This document shows positions 44,690-56,949 of a stretch of DNA of 64,000 nt, in pieces. The notes under the pieces were generated by a model. That model was not told the DNA's origin, did not search any database, and saw only the letters and a program-made list of their open reading frames with translations. The position numbers were made by a program, and so were the translations under genes. The stretch is from Eledone cirrhosa (taxonomy: Eukaryota): assembly GCA_964016885.1 (NCBI GenBank), contig OZ024742.1:241552001-241616000 (forward strand). Reading direction: 5' to 3'. Position 1 is the stretch's first letter. Each line of letters begins with the position of its first letter.

Positions 44690-45030
44690 GTCTACTCAAT
44701 GCACAACATGGAAGGTCCAATTCATTGAGGATTGGGTTGACAACACACCACATCACATGCCTTTCTTCATCCTAACAGAGACCCATCTAGACTCGAAAAT
44801 TCACATTTGGAAGGCGAAATGAAGGTGAGGAGATTTACAACCACCCGCACGGAAGAAGGAAGGGAGGAACTGCTGTTTACAGGTATGATTCTTTTAGGGC
44901 AGGCGGAAATAATATATTCTTCAATGGCTGCTGTGGATCAGTCACCGTGCACAACAAAACCATTGATTTGAAAGTAGTTGGTCGCTATAGTCCACCCCAA
45001 ACGTCCATACTGTACTTCAAAAACCTAAAC
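44690..45030 (+). pseudogene. Decayed non-LTR retrotransposon (LINE) ORF2 N-terminal APE endonuclease fragment
   Basis: Translates as KVQFIEDWV...FFILTETHLDSKI, then after a disruption GRRKGGTAVYRYD...FNGCCGSVTV...KVVGRYSPP. These match the order of the APE motifs ETHL, R-x-GG-x-A-V-Y and YxPP. Confidence 0.75.
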
Positions 45031-45366
45031 ATCAGTAAATGTTTCATACAACATAAAATTCAAAATATCTTTGGACAAATTCCCTCAAGAAATTCAGGAT
45101 AAATCCCCTCCTCCCAGATATAAACGCTCTACTTGTATGGGCCATGGTGTATAAATCCTGATTTGAAAGACGTCATCAGGTGGTAGTATTAAGTTGGACA
45201 TGACCTGGACCAATCCTGGCCGAAGCCTATCAAAGTTATCAAGGTTATATATATATATGATTCCCAGATGGACATTTGCCTCCATCATAGATCAACTCCT
45301 CTAAGCGCTCCCGCCATAATAACACCTTTTGAACTGCTTATCCTCAAGAAGCATGCCTGTAAAGAA

Positions 45367-45500
45367 TATTATTCTTTCTTTCCCAATACCTTATCGTGTT
45401 CCACATCACCCCCCTTTTTTTACTTCAAAAACCTTGTTTGTAAATAATACTATTCTTTCTTTCCCATTTCAATAACATGTTCAACATCACCTTATTTTTC
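45367..45500 (+). repeat. Diverged tandem duplication (period about 80 bp) upstream of a hammerhead-like motif
   Basis: TATTATTCTTTCTTTCCCA...CACATCACC and TACTATTCTTTCTTTCCCA...AACATCACC. Confidence 0.7.
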
Positions 45501-45511
45501 TCTCCCACTCA

Positions 45512-45560
45512 CATAATTTGATAATGCATAAAATGCTGAAACCGGTAATTCATAATTATG
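45512..45560 (+). ncRNA. Hammerhead-like motif, U3-A8 core variant, probably degenerate
   Basis: AAT-TTGATAA-T-GCAT-aaa-ATGC-T-GAAA-CCGG-TA-ATT followed by AATAAA repeats. Stem III is the palindrome ACCGGT. Stem I is only 3 bp and there is a U-U mismatch at the base of stem II. Confidence 0.45.
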
Positions 45561-45741
45561 AAATAAATAAATAAATAAATACATCAATGCTATATTGTTA
45601 ATTAATAAATAAATTAACTAATACCTTAACACTTCACACAAAGTAAAATATTTTGTTTTAAACATTTTCTAACCCAGAAAATAGAGATAAAAATAAAGGA
45701 AAAAAAAAAGATTTTTCTTCCTAATAACCGGTTTTTTCTCC

Positions 45742-45805
<64 letters not shown>

Positions 45806-46088
45806 GAAAAGACAATGAAGTTTCGTTTACATATGAAAAATATTTATTGCGTTTCGACCTGTTCCGCGCATTTCACAAAGGATGGACCCGACTCCAGTAT
45901 CGATCTGCTCTTCAGACTGGTGTTGCGAAAAAAATATATAAGTTAAAAATATGTGACATATACAGCCACTCAACAGTGACATATAGAGGTACTCAATTTC
46001 GTTCGGTTCTGCACCCAACCCTTTAAGCCTGTTATATTTTTATATTTAACTCATGCTCTAAGGGTAAAGCAGCGATTCTTTGCTTAAA

Positions 46089-46197
46089 TTTTAATCTGTT
46101 ATTTTAATAAATTTTTGCTCTAGGGTTCTTATATATTTGATATATATTTATCCTTATCAAGCCCTCTTAGAATTTTAATCTTCACATTTCTTATTAT

Positions 46198-46251
<54 letters not shown>

Positions 46252-46302
46252 GTATGTGTATATATGTGTGTGTATATACGTGTGTGTATATATACATGTA
46301 TG

Positions 46303-46336
<34 letters not shown>

Positions 46337-46447
46337 GTCGTTATTATTATTGTTGTTATTATTATTATTATTGTTATTAATATATATATATATATATTTT
46401 TATTTTTATTTTCTCGAGCAATGGCCATACTCGATAACGAGGGGGCA

Positions 46448-46508
<61 letters not shown>

Positions 46509-46889
46509 CATATATATACGATTGTGTATATATGTGTGTGTATATTCGTGTGTGTATATACATGTATGTATATATATACTTATATATACGCTCAACCCTT
46601 TCTTTAGTTTTGATAACGAAGTCCTAAACCACGAGATATCATGGAATATGTGGTAAGAGTGTAAACTGATCTAGTTTTCACTCTTGTATCTGCGATCTGT
46701 ATTATACCTGGATTACTCGAAACAACTTTAACCACATATTTCACAATACTTCATACACACACGTATTAAACTTTAATCTGTTGTTTTAATAAATATTTGC
46801 TCTACAGTTCCTATATAGTTGATATATATATTTATCCTTATCGAGCCCTCTTTGGATTTTAGTCTTCAAATATATTATTATTACTATAT
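46089..46889 (+). repeat. Two diverged direct copies (about 115 bp; 46089-46203 and 46771-46889) of an interspersed repeat end, each followed by (TA)n
   Basis: TTTAATCTGTT...TTTATCCTTATC(A/G)AGCCCTCTT...TTATTACTATA is present in both. Confidence 0.8.
46418..46453 (+). mobile_element. Extreme 3' end of an RTE-like LINE with a (TA)n tail
   Basis: TGGCCATACTCGATAACGAGGGGGCAGCCATC is homologous to TGGCCGTATTCGAAAACGAGTTGGCAGCCACC at 53984-54015. Confidence 0.6.
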
Positions 46890-46964
46890 ATATATATATA
46901 TAGCGGCGATGAATTAGTTTTGCGAGGTTTTTTATATGAAATCGTGTGTCGAAACAGATATTGT

Positions 46965-47816
46965 TATATTTGGGGAGGGTCATATTTGCGTAATATTGCC
47001 AGAATTAATAACAGAACACACTCACTGTTTGGTTGGTTTTCGCTTCTCGCTGTCTTTTATATATATATATCTGCGATCTAACTTACTCGGTCCTCAATGT
47101 TGCCATTGACTGACCGGCGGTCAAAAATAATACAGATACAATATAGACACAAACACATATATATAGTTTACATAATTTACATAAATCTTTCGTTGCACAT
47201 CTGCAACATCGTCAGTGGTGTTATATTCATTGTTCCTCCTGTTGTGTTGTATGTCTACGCCATTTTTTTTTGTTCAGTCTGTCTATATATTTATTTATTT
47301 ATTTACTTGTTTGTTTATCTTATTTTATTTTGTCTTCTTTGCGCATGCGTTTGCGTGTGTGTATAGTGTTATGTGTGATGTGTGACTAGTGTGTATAATG
47401 TTGTGTCTGCTGGGTGACTAGTGTGTGTTTATGTGCTTGTGTATGTATTTATTTATCTTATTTTATTTAATTTTATTTACTTATTTATACTTCTCTTAGG
47501 TCAGTGTTGTTTGTTTGGGTGTTGTTGTTGTTCCACTCATTCTTTCTGTTTGTTCCACTCATTCTTTCTGACGATGTTGCAGATGTGCAACGAAAGATTT
47601 ATGTAAATTATGTAAACTATATATATGTGTTTGTGTCTATATTGTATCTGTATTATTTTTGACCGCCGGTCAGTCAATGGCAACATTGAGGACCGAGTAA
47701 GTTAGATCGCAGATATATATATAAAAGACAGCGAGAAGCGAAAACCAACCAAACAGTGAGTGTGTTCTGTTATTAATTCTGGCAATATTACGCAAATATG
47801 ACCCTCCCCAAATATA
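46965..47816. mobile_element. Fold-back element: 250-bp near-identical inverted arms (46965-47215 and 47568-47816) around a 350-bp T-rich spacer; each arm starts at a hammerhead core
   Basis: The arms are exact reverse complements except for (TA)n length. Their inner ends read CTGACGA-T-GTTGCA-gatg-TGCAAC-GAAA-GATT-TA. Confidence 0.85.
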
Positions 47817-47977
47817 TATATATATCAGAATGCTTCATATATATATGTATATATATATATATCATCTATCTATCTATCTATCAGTATATATATATAAAAA
47901 ACGGAGAATATATATATATATATCACAATGCTTTATATATATATATGTATATATACATATATCATCTCTCTCTCTAT

Positions 47978-48052
47978 CAGAAAACTCGTCGAGTGCTTTG
48001 AATCTGTTATAAATATATTTGTTGAATTACCAAGAAATTAAATCCCTTTGCT
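47978..48052 (-). mobile_element. Fragment of the same Penelope pLTR-like repeat family as 56950-57283 and 63217-63487
   Basis: The reverse complement AAGGGATTTAATTTCTTGGTAATTCAACAAA...CAAAGCACTCGACGAGTTTTCTG matches 56956-57029. Confidence 0.75.
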
Positions 48053-48161
48053 TATATATATATATATATTTATATATATATGTATATGTAGGTAACACTC
48101 TTTCTTTCTCTCCGTCTCTCACTCTCTCTCTCTCTCTATATATATATATGTGTATGTGTGT

Positions 48162-48225
<64 letters not shown>

Positions 48226-48409
48226 CTATGTAGAGAGAGAGGCAGGAGAGGTAGGTAAATAGAGGAGATTGATAGATAGGTGGATAAATAGATAGATCGA
48301 TAGATAGATAGATCGATAGATCGATATATAGATAGATAGATAAACAGCAGGATAGATGAGAGGTTGGATGGTCATGATAAATTGACAATTGGAAAAGTTA
48401 AAGAGGAGA

Positions 48410-48413
48410 CTAT

Positions 48414-48487
<74 letters not shown>

Positions 48488-48502
48488 TATATGTATATAC
48501 AT

Positions 48503-48600
<98 letters not shown>

Positions 48601-48601
48601 C

Positions 48602-48643
<42 letters not shown>

Positions 48644-48672
48644 ATATATATATATGTATATATATATATGTA

Positions 48673-48721
<49 letters not shown>

Positions 48722-48744
48722 TATATATATTTAATATATATATG

Positions 48745-48809
<65 letters not shown>

Positions 48810-48824
48810 GTATATATATATATG

Positions 48825-48889
<65 letters not shown>

Positions 48890-48909
48890 AATATATATAT
48901 ATATATTTA

Positions 48910-48944
<35 letters not shown>

Positions 48945-48973
48945 TAATATATATATATATATATATATATTTA

Positions 48974-49005
<32 letters not shown>

Positions 49006-49025
49006 TTAATATATATATATATATA

Positions 49026-49064
<39 letters not shown>

Positions 49065-49075
49065 ATATATATATA
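48410..49075. repeat. Long (TA)n microsatellite tract, about 660 bp
   Basis: Nearly pure AT dinucleotide repeat with occasional interruptions. Confidence 0.97.
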
Positions 49076-49218
49076 TAGTATTAGAAATATATATATGCCT
49101 CTCTGTGTATGTGTCTGTGTTTCTTTGTGTGTGCTATATATATATATTTTAATACACACATTTATTGATAAATACATTGACAGATGGAAAGTTAGATACA
49201 ACAGATCGATACATACGT

Positions 49219-49254
<36 letters not shown>

Positions 49255-49505
49255 TCTTTCTTTATTTGCCACAGGGGCGTACAAAAATGGGACATTACAA
49301 GACGTGACGGCGGGGGTTTTACATAAAAATAACTTTAACATTAATAAATAACAATAAACTATATATAATAAAATAACAATTGAAATCCCCAGTATGGGGG
49401 GTGGAACGTTACTGCAGGGTTGTTTTACACCCCGTGGATAGAACAACCCTCAACACCAGGAACACGTTTTGTAGGTATTCCTGTCTTCCCTCTGTTTATC
49501 TTCCT
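49255..49505 (-). mobile_element. 3' end of a LINE-type element with AATAAA and a (TCTA)n tail
   Basis: Minus strand reads ...GTCCC...GCCCCTGTGGCAAATAAAGAAAGATATCTATCTATC. A second homologous copy lies at 49749-49800. Confidence 0.6.
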
Positions 49506-49748
49506 CAACCTACAGGTTTATATACAATAGATAGATAGATAGATAGAGAGATAGATAGATAGATAGAGAGATAGAGAGATATATATAGGTAGATAGATAG
49601 AGAGATAGAGAGATAGATAGATAGATAGAGAGATAGATAGATAGATAGAGAGATAGAGAGATATATAGGTAGATAGATAGATAGAGAGATAGAGAGATAG
49701 ATAGGTAGATAGATAGAGAGATAGAGAGATAGAGAGATAGATAGATAT

Positions 49749-49800
49749 GTTTCTTTATTAGCCACAGGGGCACAAAAGAGGGGGACAAATACAAAGGGGG
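49749..49800 (-). mobile_element. Second, shorter copy of the same LINE-type 3' end
   Basis: TTGTATTTGTCCCCC...GTGCCCCTGTGGCTAATAAAGAAAC followed by (TCTA)n. Confidence 0.6.
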
Positions 49801-49896
49801 ATAGATAGATAGATGCATACCCAGTGCGTATGACTTTAAAAGAAAGCATATTTGTTAAAGATGAGAAAATAGAAAGAAAGAAGAGAAGAATTAGAG

Positions 49897-49957
<61 letters not shown>

Positions 49958-50394
49958 AAGAAAGAAATATAGAAAGAGAGAGTGAGAGATAGAGAGAGAG
50001 AGAGTGTGTAGTGGTTGTGAAAGAGGGTGAGAGACTGAAGTGTATGAGTGGTGAAGTTGAACACACGCATATAACGGCTCTGGAGAGCTGCACACAAGGA
50101 ACGCAAAGCTTAATGACAGGCGAGGTAAAAAAACACAAAACTGCTTTCTTCTCTTTCCACTTCTTCAACTCCTTATTCTTAGTATTCATTTGCCATCTAT
50201 TATTCTCTTCTTTCTCTTATTTTTTTCTCCTTCCTTACAATGATTTGCCTTTGTGTTTTCTTGAATTTCTAATGTTCTTTCTTTCCCTTTTCAACACGTT
50301 CATTCTGTTAAGAGCCTCATAATTACCTAGCCCTCGTATTTCGTACCTATGTGTTCAGATTCATAGTAAACAGTGGTCATGCAGCTGTGTATAG

Positions 50395-50449
<55 letters not shown>

Positions 50450-50530
50450 TGTTTATCATAATATGTTTATACGTACGGATATATAATATATATATATATA
50501 TATATATAAACATAATATGTATATTCGTAC

Positions 50531-50562
<32 letters not shown>

Positions 50563-50610
50563 GCATAATATGTATATTCGTACGGATATATATGTGTATA
50601 TATATCTATC

Positions 50611-50693
<83 letters not shown>

Positions 50694-50988
50694 ATATATA
50701 TATATATATTTAAAAAAAATATATATATATATGTATATATATTTAAAAATATATATATATATGTATATATATTTAAAAATATATATATACATATATGTAT
50801 ATATATATATATTTAAATATATATATATATATATATGCATATATATATCATAATAGGTACGGATATAATTATACACACACGCACACATGTGTATATACTT
50901 ATATATTTATAGAAATATCTATAACCGTACTTTTACATGAATGTAAATAATGTTTTATGATGTGCGTGTTAAACATTCGAGAAACTGT

Positions 50989-51139
<151 letters not shown>

Positions 51140-51255
51140 TTGTGTGTTTGTGTGTTTATGTGTCAGTATGTGTATAAGTATGTCACGTTGTTTTTATATC
51201 AATGTTTACATGTATATATACACATACACACAAACATCACTCTTATTACACATAC

Positions 51256-51362
51256 ACCGAGGTTAACTTTGCCTTTCATCATTACTGGGGTCGATAAAAT
51301 AAAGTACCAGTAATGTACTGGTAAAATTGCTGGCCTTGTGCCAAACGTAGAAACAACTATTA
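51256..51362 (+). mobile_element. SINE fragment (cephalopod-type, 3' part)
   Basis: CCGAGGTTAACTTTGCCTTTCATC...GGGGTCGATAAAATAAAGTACCAGT...GCTGGCCTTGTGCCAAA. There are three homologous copies in the window. Confidence 0.8.
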
Positions 51363-51489
51363 TTACACATACATATATTCATGCACGTGTACGTGTATGC
51401 CAATTATTGTGTTTCAATAGATGTCTTATATATTTGAGATTATACACACACAGACACACAGACATATATATACATACATATATATACAC

Positions 51490-51526
<37 letters not shown>

Positions 51527-51587
51527 AGCAAATAGTTATATAAATATACTCATATATATGTGCACACGTTTATATATATATATATTC

Positions 51588-51642
<55 letters not shown>

Positions 51643-51821
51643 TGTATATGTATTTATATTTATATATGTATACAGAAGTTTATAGTGCAAAGTACGCTTA
51701 TGTCTGGTGACAGGGTTGGTGTCATCTTACACATGCACGTGTTATATATATATATATATATTAGAAAGTGAGGTATTTTAACAAAATGAAAAATAACCGA
51801 GTTGTCCTACACGAGGGAAAG

Positions 51822-52120
51822 TATAAAGAAAAAAAGATGAAATCGAAAATGCAATTGGAGTCTTATTTTAAAAAAATATATATATTTATTTGGTTCCTTT
51901 ACCGGTTTCGCAGTTCTTCTGCTTTTCAAAAGTAGAGTTGTGATGGAGAGTCTATGGTACCACAGACTCTCCATCTCAACTCTACTGTGGTACCACAGAC
52001 TCTCCACCTCAACTCTACTTTTGAAAAGCAGAAGAACTGCGAAACCGGTAAAGGAACCAAATAAATATATATATTTTTTTAAGTAAGACTCCAGTTGCAT
52101 TTTCGATTTCATCTTTTTTT

Positions 52121-52127
<7 letters not shown>
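51822..52127. mobile_element. About 305-bp near-perfect palindrome centred on GGTACC, with a 32-bp tandem duplication in the right arm; each arm carries a U3-A8 hammerhead-like motif followed by AATAAA
   Basis: The arms are reverse complements. The right arm reads CTT-TTGAAAA-GCAG-aagaa-CTGC-GAAA-CCGG-TA-AAG (52018-52053), and its mirror copy is at 51897-51932 on the minus strand. Confidence 0.85.
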
Positions 52128-52192
<65 letters not shown>

Positions 52193-52629
52193 TGGCATGT
52201 CTGATGCAAAAATTCCAACATACCAGTATGTATAAATGCATGTGTACGTGGGTGTGTTTGTTGTGAGTGTATATTATCGATTGTATATGTTAGTGTATGT
52301 ATGAGTGCGCGTGATTAAGCTGTGATGTAAGCACGGACGTTTGTTTATTCATTACATGCTTGTTTTCCTTCATAAAACACGCTAACATTTACTGTTCGAC
52401 TTCATCATATTAATACACACACATATACACATCATATTAATACACACACATATACATATCCACACACTTCCCACACACAAATGAAAACATTCTCACACAC
52501 ATACATATAGCATAAATATAGCTTCATTCCGACACATACATATATTTAGAAATACACACAAATACACATAAGCATACACATAATCTCATACACATAAACA
52601 CAATCATGGATAAACACATACTTACATGA

Positions 52630-52689
<60 letters not shown>

Positions 52690-52744
52690 CATCTGTCTAT
52701 CTATATCAATCTATCTATCTTCCCCTTTTCAGACTTTGTGTTAG

Positions 52745-52803
<59 letters not shown>

Positions 52804-52955
52804 AAAAAGTATGACCCCGACGGCAGAGCTCAAGCCGTTTCGACGGCTATTTCTGGACTAAATTTTCTTTTTTCCTATTTCCCACTCTACTACCCTAAGT
52901 ATTGAGTACTCTGGTGCGTTATGGTCCATCTGGTTCCTTACCACAATTCCTTTGT

Positions 52956-53026
<71 letters not shown>

Positions 53027-53419
53027 TTATACATTACACACACACACACTTATATATATATATATACACACACACACGTACAAGTATACACTTATATATA
53101 TAAACACATATGAGTATATATACGTATACGCTCATAATATATATTTATGCAGAAACAACTATGTACATATATGTGTATGTGAGTGTGTGCACGGTGTAAA
53201 TTTGATTGCTATAGGCAAATACATACACATACACGAACGTAAAGAGATACATCTCTGTTGATCCAGATAGAATTTGGTAGATCCAGAATGCTAGATCCAG
53301 AAACACACACATCAACAATGGTACACACACACGCGTTCACACACACACACACACACAACCTCACACACTCATACAACCACACATACACACACAATCGCAA
53401 CCACCCATACACACACACA

Positions 53420-53488
53420 TTTATGTATGTATGTTTGTTTGTATGTATGTATGTATGTATGAATGTATGTATGTATGTATGTATGTAC

Positions 53489-53519
<31 letters not shown>

Positions 53520-53800
53520 TGTATGTATGTATGTATGTGTGTGTGTATGTGTGTATGTATATATGTATGTGTGTGTGAACGTACATATGTATGAATGTAT
53601 GTATGTATGTTTGTATGTATGTTTGTATGTATCTTTCTGTGTATGAATGTATGTATGTATATATGTATGCATGTATGTATGTATATATGTATGCATGTAT
53701 GTATGTACGTATGTATGTATATATATGTATGTATGTGTGTGTGTACGAACGTATGTATGAATGTATCTATGTTTGTATGTATGTATGTATGTATGTATGC
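53420..53800. repeat. (GTAT)n microsatellite tract
   Basis: Degenerate ATGT tetranucleotide array. Confidence 0.9.
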
Positions 53801-53859
53801 ATTGCTTTATATCTGGAGATCTCTCTGCACTTGTCGTCACATGGTACCATGGGCCCAGC

Positions 53860-54016
53860 ACTATGTGTCAATAATTGTCACAAGTGTAGTGTTTGTACCA
53901 GAGTTTTCAAGTCGCTGGCTGGACTAAAAGATCACACTCGTTCAGCGCATCGGTAGGGGTTCTCCTACATGGATATAAAGTAGTGGCCGTATTCGAAAAC
54001 GAGTTGGCAGCCACCA
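53860..54016 (+). mobile_element. 3' end of an RTE-like LINE: C-terminal C2H2 zinc finger, stop codon, short 3' UTR and (ATGT)n tail
   Basis: HKCSVCTRVFKSLAGLKDHTRSAHR* ends at 53956, followed by TGGCCGTATTCGAAAACGAGTTGGCAGCCACC and then (ATGT)n. Confidence 0.7.
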
Positions 54017-54652
54017 TGTATGTATGTATGTATGTGTATGTGTATGTGTGTATGGGTGTGTGTGCGCATATTATAAACGTACACGTTCCTATACAATAAT
54101 AATAAAATATCAATATAAAGTACCTATCAAACCACTTTAATTCTATTTTCATTGAAATCTGTTTCCTCTTTTAAATCATATTTCAAAGTGAAGACTGCGA
54201 AGTTTTTCATGAAATAATTCTGCCAACTCCACATATTCTCGCCGCTATACTGTGCTGCGCTATCATCCATGTGTAATTTGCCGGTGTCTTATAATATTCA
54301 TACACAATCAACGAAGGGAGTCTTTTCATGCAGGCAGGCTCAGGCTCAATTCTCTAGAAATAGCAGCAAAATATTCTTCAGATCAAACAGTAGTGTCATT
54401 AAATAAAAATGAAATTAAAAGCGAAGAACTCATTGGATCTGGTAGTATTGAATATAGTAAAATAACGTAATGGTCATGGCTGAAAAATCATTGATTATAT
54501 ATAGGTCGGTTCGATCAGGGTTTCTTTGAGGTGAGACAGCAACAGTATTCAGACATGAATTAGGTTTTCCAGGATCCTATCTGCGTGAGTGTTTGTAAAC
54601 CGACACACACATATGCTCACACATATATGGGTAATCTATAAACGTTTATATG

Positions 54653-54683
<31 letters not shown>

Positions 54684-54977
54684 ATGTGTGTGTGTGTGTG
54701 TCTGTGTGTGTCTGTGTGTGTCTGTGTGTGTATGTGTGTCTGTGTGTGTAGATGTGCCTATTAGTGTATGTGTATGTATATAATTTTGTTTGTGCACCGG
54801 CGTCGCCATCATTATAATATAAAAGAATCTATACACATACACACATACACGTAATACATGAATATATACATACATGTATATTTATACGTTCGTACATATT
54901 TACATATATATATAAAATATAAGTCATATGTATGTCATATGTATGCCATATGTATGTATCTATGTATGTATGTATAG

Positions 54978-55062
54978 AATTGTTTCTACTTTTGGCACAA
55001 GGCCAGCAAATACCCAGTGTATTACTGGTACTTTATTTTATCGACCCCTTAAGGATGAAAAG
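54978..55062 (-). mobile_element. SINE fragment (same family, minus strand)
   Basis: Reverse complement reads CTTTTCATCC...GGGGTCGATAAAATAAAGTACCAGT...GCTGGCCTTGTGCCAAAAGTAGAAACAAT. Confidence 0.8.
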
Positions 55063-55294
55063 TATGTATGTATATAATGTATGTACGTATGTTTGTATGC
55101 ATGTATATATGTATGTATGTGTATGTCTACGTACGTATGTATGTATGTATGTATGTATGTATGTATGTATGTATGTATACGATGTATGTATGTACCAATA
55201 TATGCGTATATGTACGTATGGTGTATGCGTATATATGATGTCTTTCGAATGGAAATTATGGAGACACAGGTGCTAAGACAGAATGATATACATT

Positions 55295-55813
<519 letters not shown>

Positions 55814-55899
55814 ATATGTGGGTTTGTTCAAAGTAATAAGGGCTCAAGCATAGCCGAAAACAACTGTTAAAGCCATATGACAAACGTAGGAGAAGAAGC

Positions 55900-56191
55900 A
55901 TGCTTACACACACTCATACGCACACTCATACACACACTCATACACACACTCATATACACACTCACTCATACATACACAGACAAACATACACACACACACA
56001 TATATACACAGACACATACATACACAGACACAAACATATACACACACACAGACACAGGGACAACCATATACACACTCACACTTACATAGACACAAACATA
56101 TACACACACACATATACACAGACACAAACATATACATACTCACACATACATACACATACACACTGACACATACATACACAGACACAAACAT

Positions 56192-56222
<31 letters not shown>

Positions 56223-56640
56223 GAGACACAAACATATATACACACAAACATATACACAGGCACAAACATATACACACTCACACATACATACACATACACA
56301 AATATATACATACTCACACATACATACACAGACACAAACATATACATACACACAGACGCAAACATATACACACTGACACATACATACACAGACACAAACA
56401 TATATACACACACAGAAACACAAACATATACACACACAAACATATACACGCACACGCACATACATACACAGAGACAAACATATACACACACACAGACACA
56501 AACATATAAACACTCACACACACACACACACACAGACACAAACATATACACACTCACACACACATACACAAACACAAACATATACACACTCACACATACA
56601 CATACACAAACATATACACAGACACAAACATATACACCTA
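55900..56640 (+). repeat. CA-rich degenerate minisatellite (CACAGACACAAACATATA units)
   Basis: The motif is repeated many times within a (CA)n matrix. Confidence 0.85.
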
Positions 56641-56727
56641 TATTTATATCATTGTTTATCATTATTTGGCAGGTATTCAAAACGAACATGAAAGGAATTA
56701 AAACTTGTGAAACTGAAGCAAAACAAT

Positions 56728-56787
<60 letters not shown>

Positions 56788-56865
56788 TTCGTGTATTCGT
56801 GTATGTATGTATGTATGTATGTATGAATATTTTGAATATATACATATATACATTAAAATACATAC

Positions 56866-56949
<84 letters not shown>

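Noticed and set aside
45150-45190. CTGATGA on the minus strand near 45173-45179
   Set aside because: No stem II and GAAA follow.
52810-52860. GC-rich hairpin AGCCGT-TTCG-ACGGCT with GAAAC on the minus strand
   Set aside because: No CUGANGA core upstream. It is probably a repeat terminus, but the family cannot be assigned.
53591-53956. Host C2H2 zinc-finger gene
   Set aside because: It is a single finger followed by a LINE-type 3' end that recurs at 46418, and the upstream ORF is microsatellite. A retroelement C-terminus explains it better.
54300-54420. Possible old SINE-like fragment (TAGAAATAGCAGC...)
   Set aside because: Only a vague recollected similarity and no second copy in the window.
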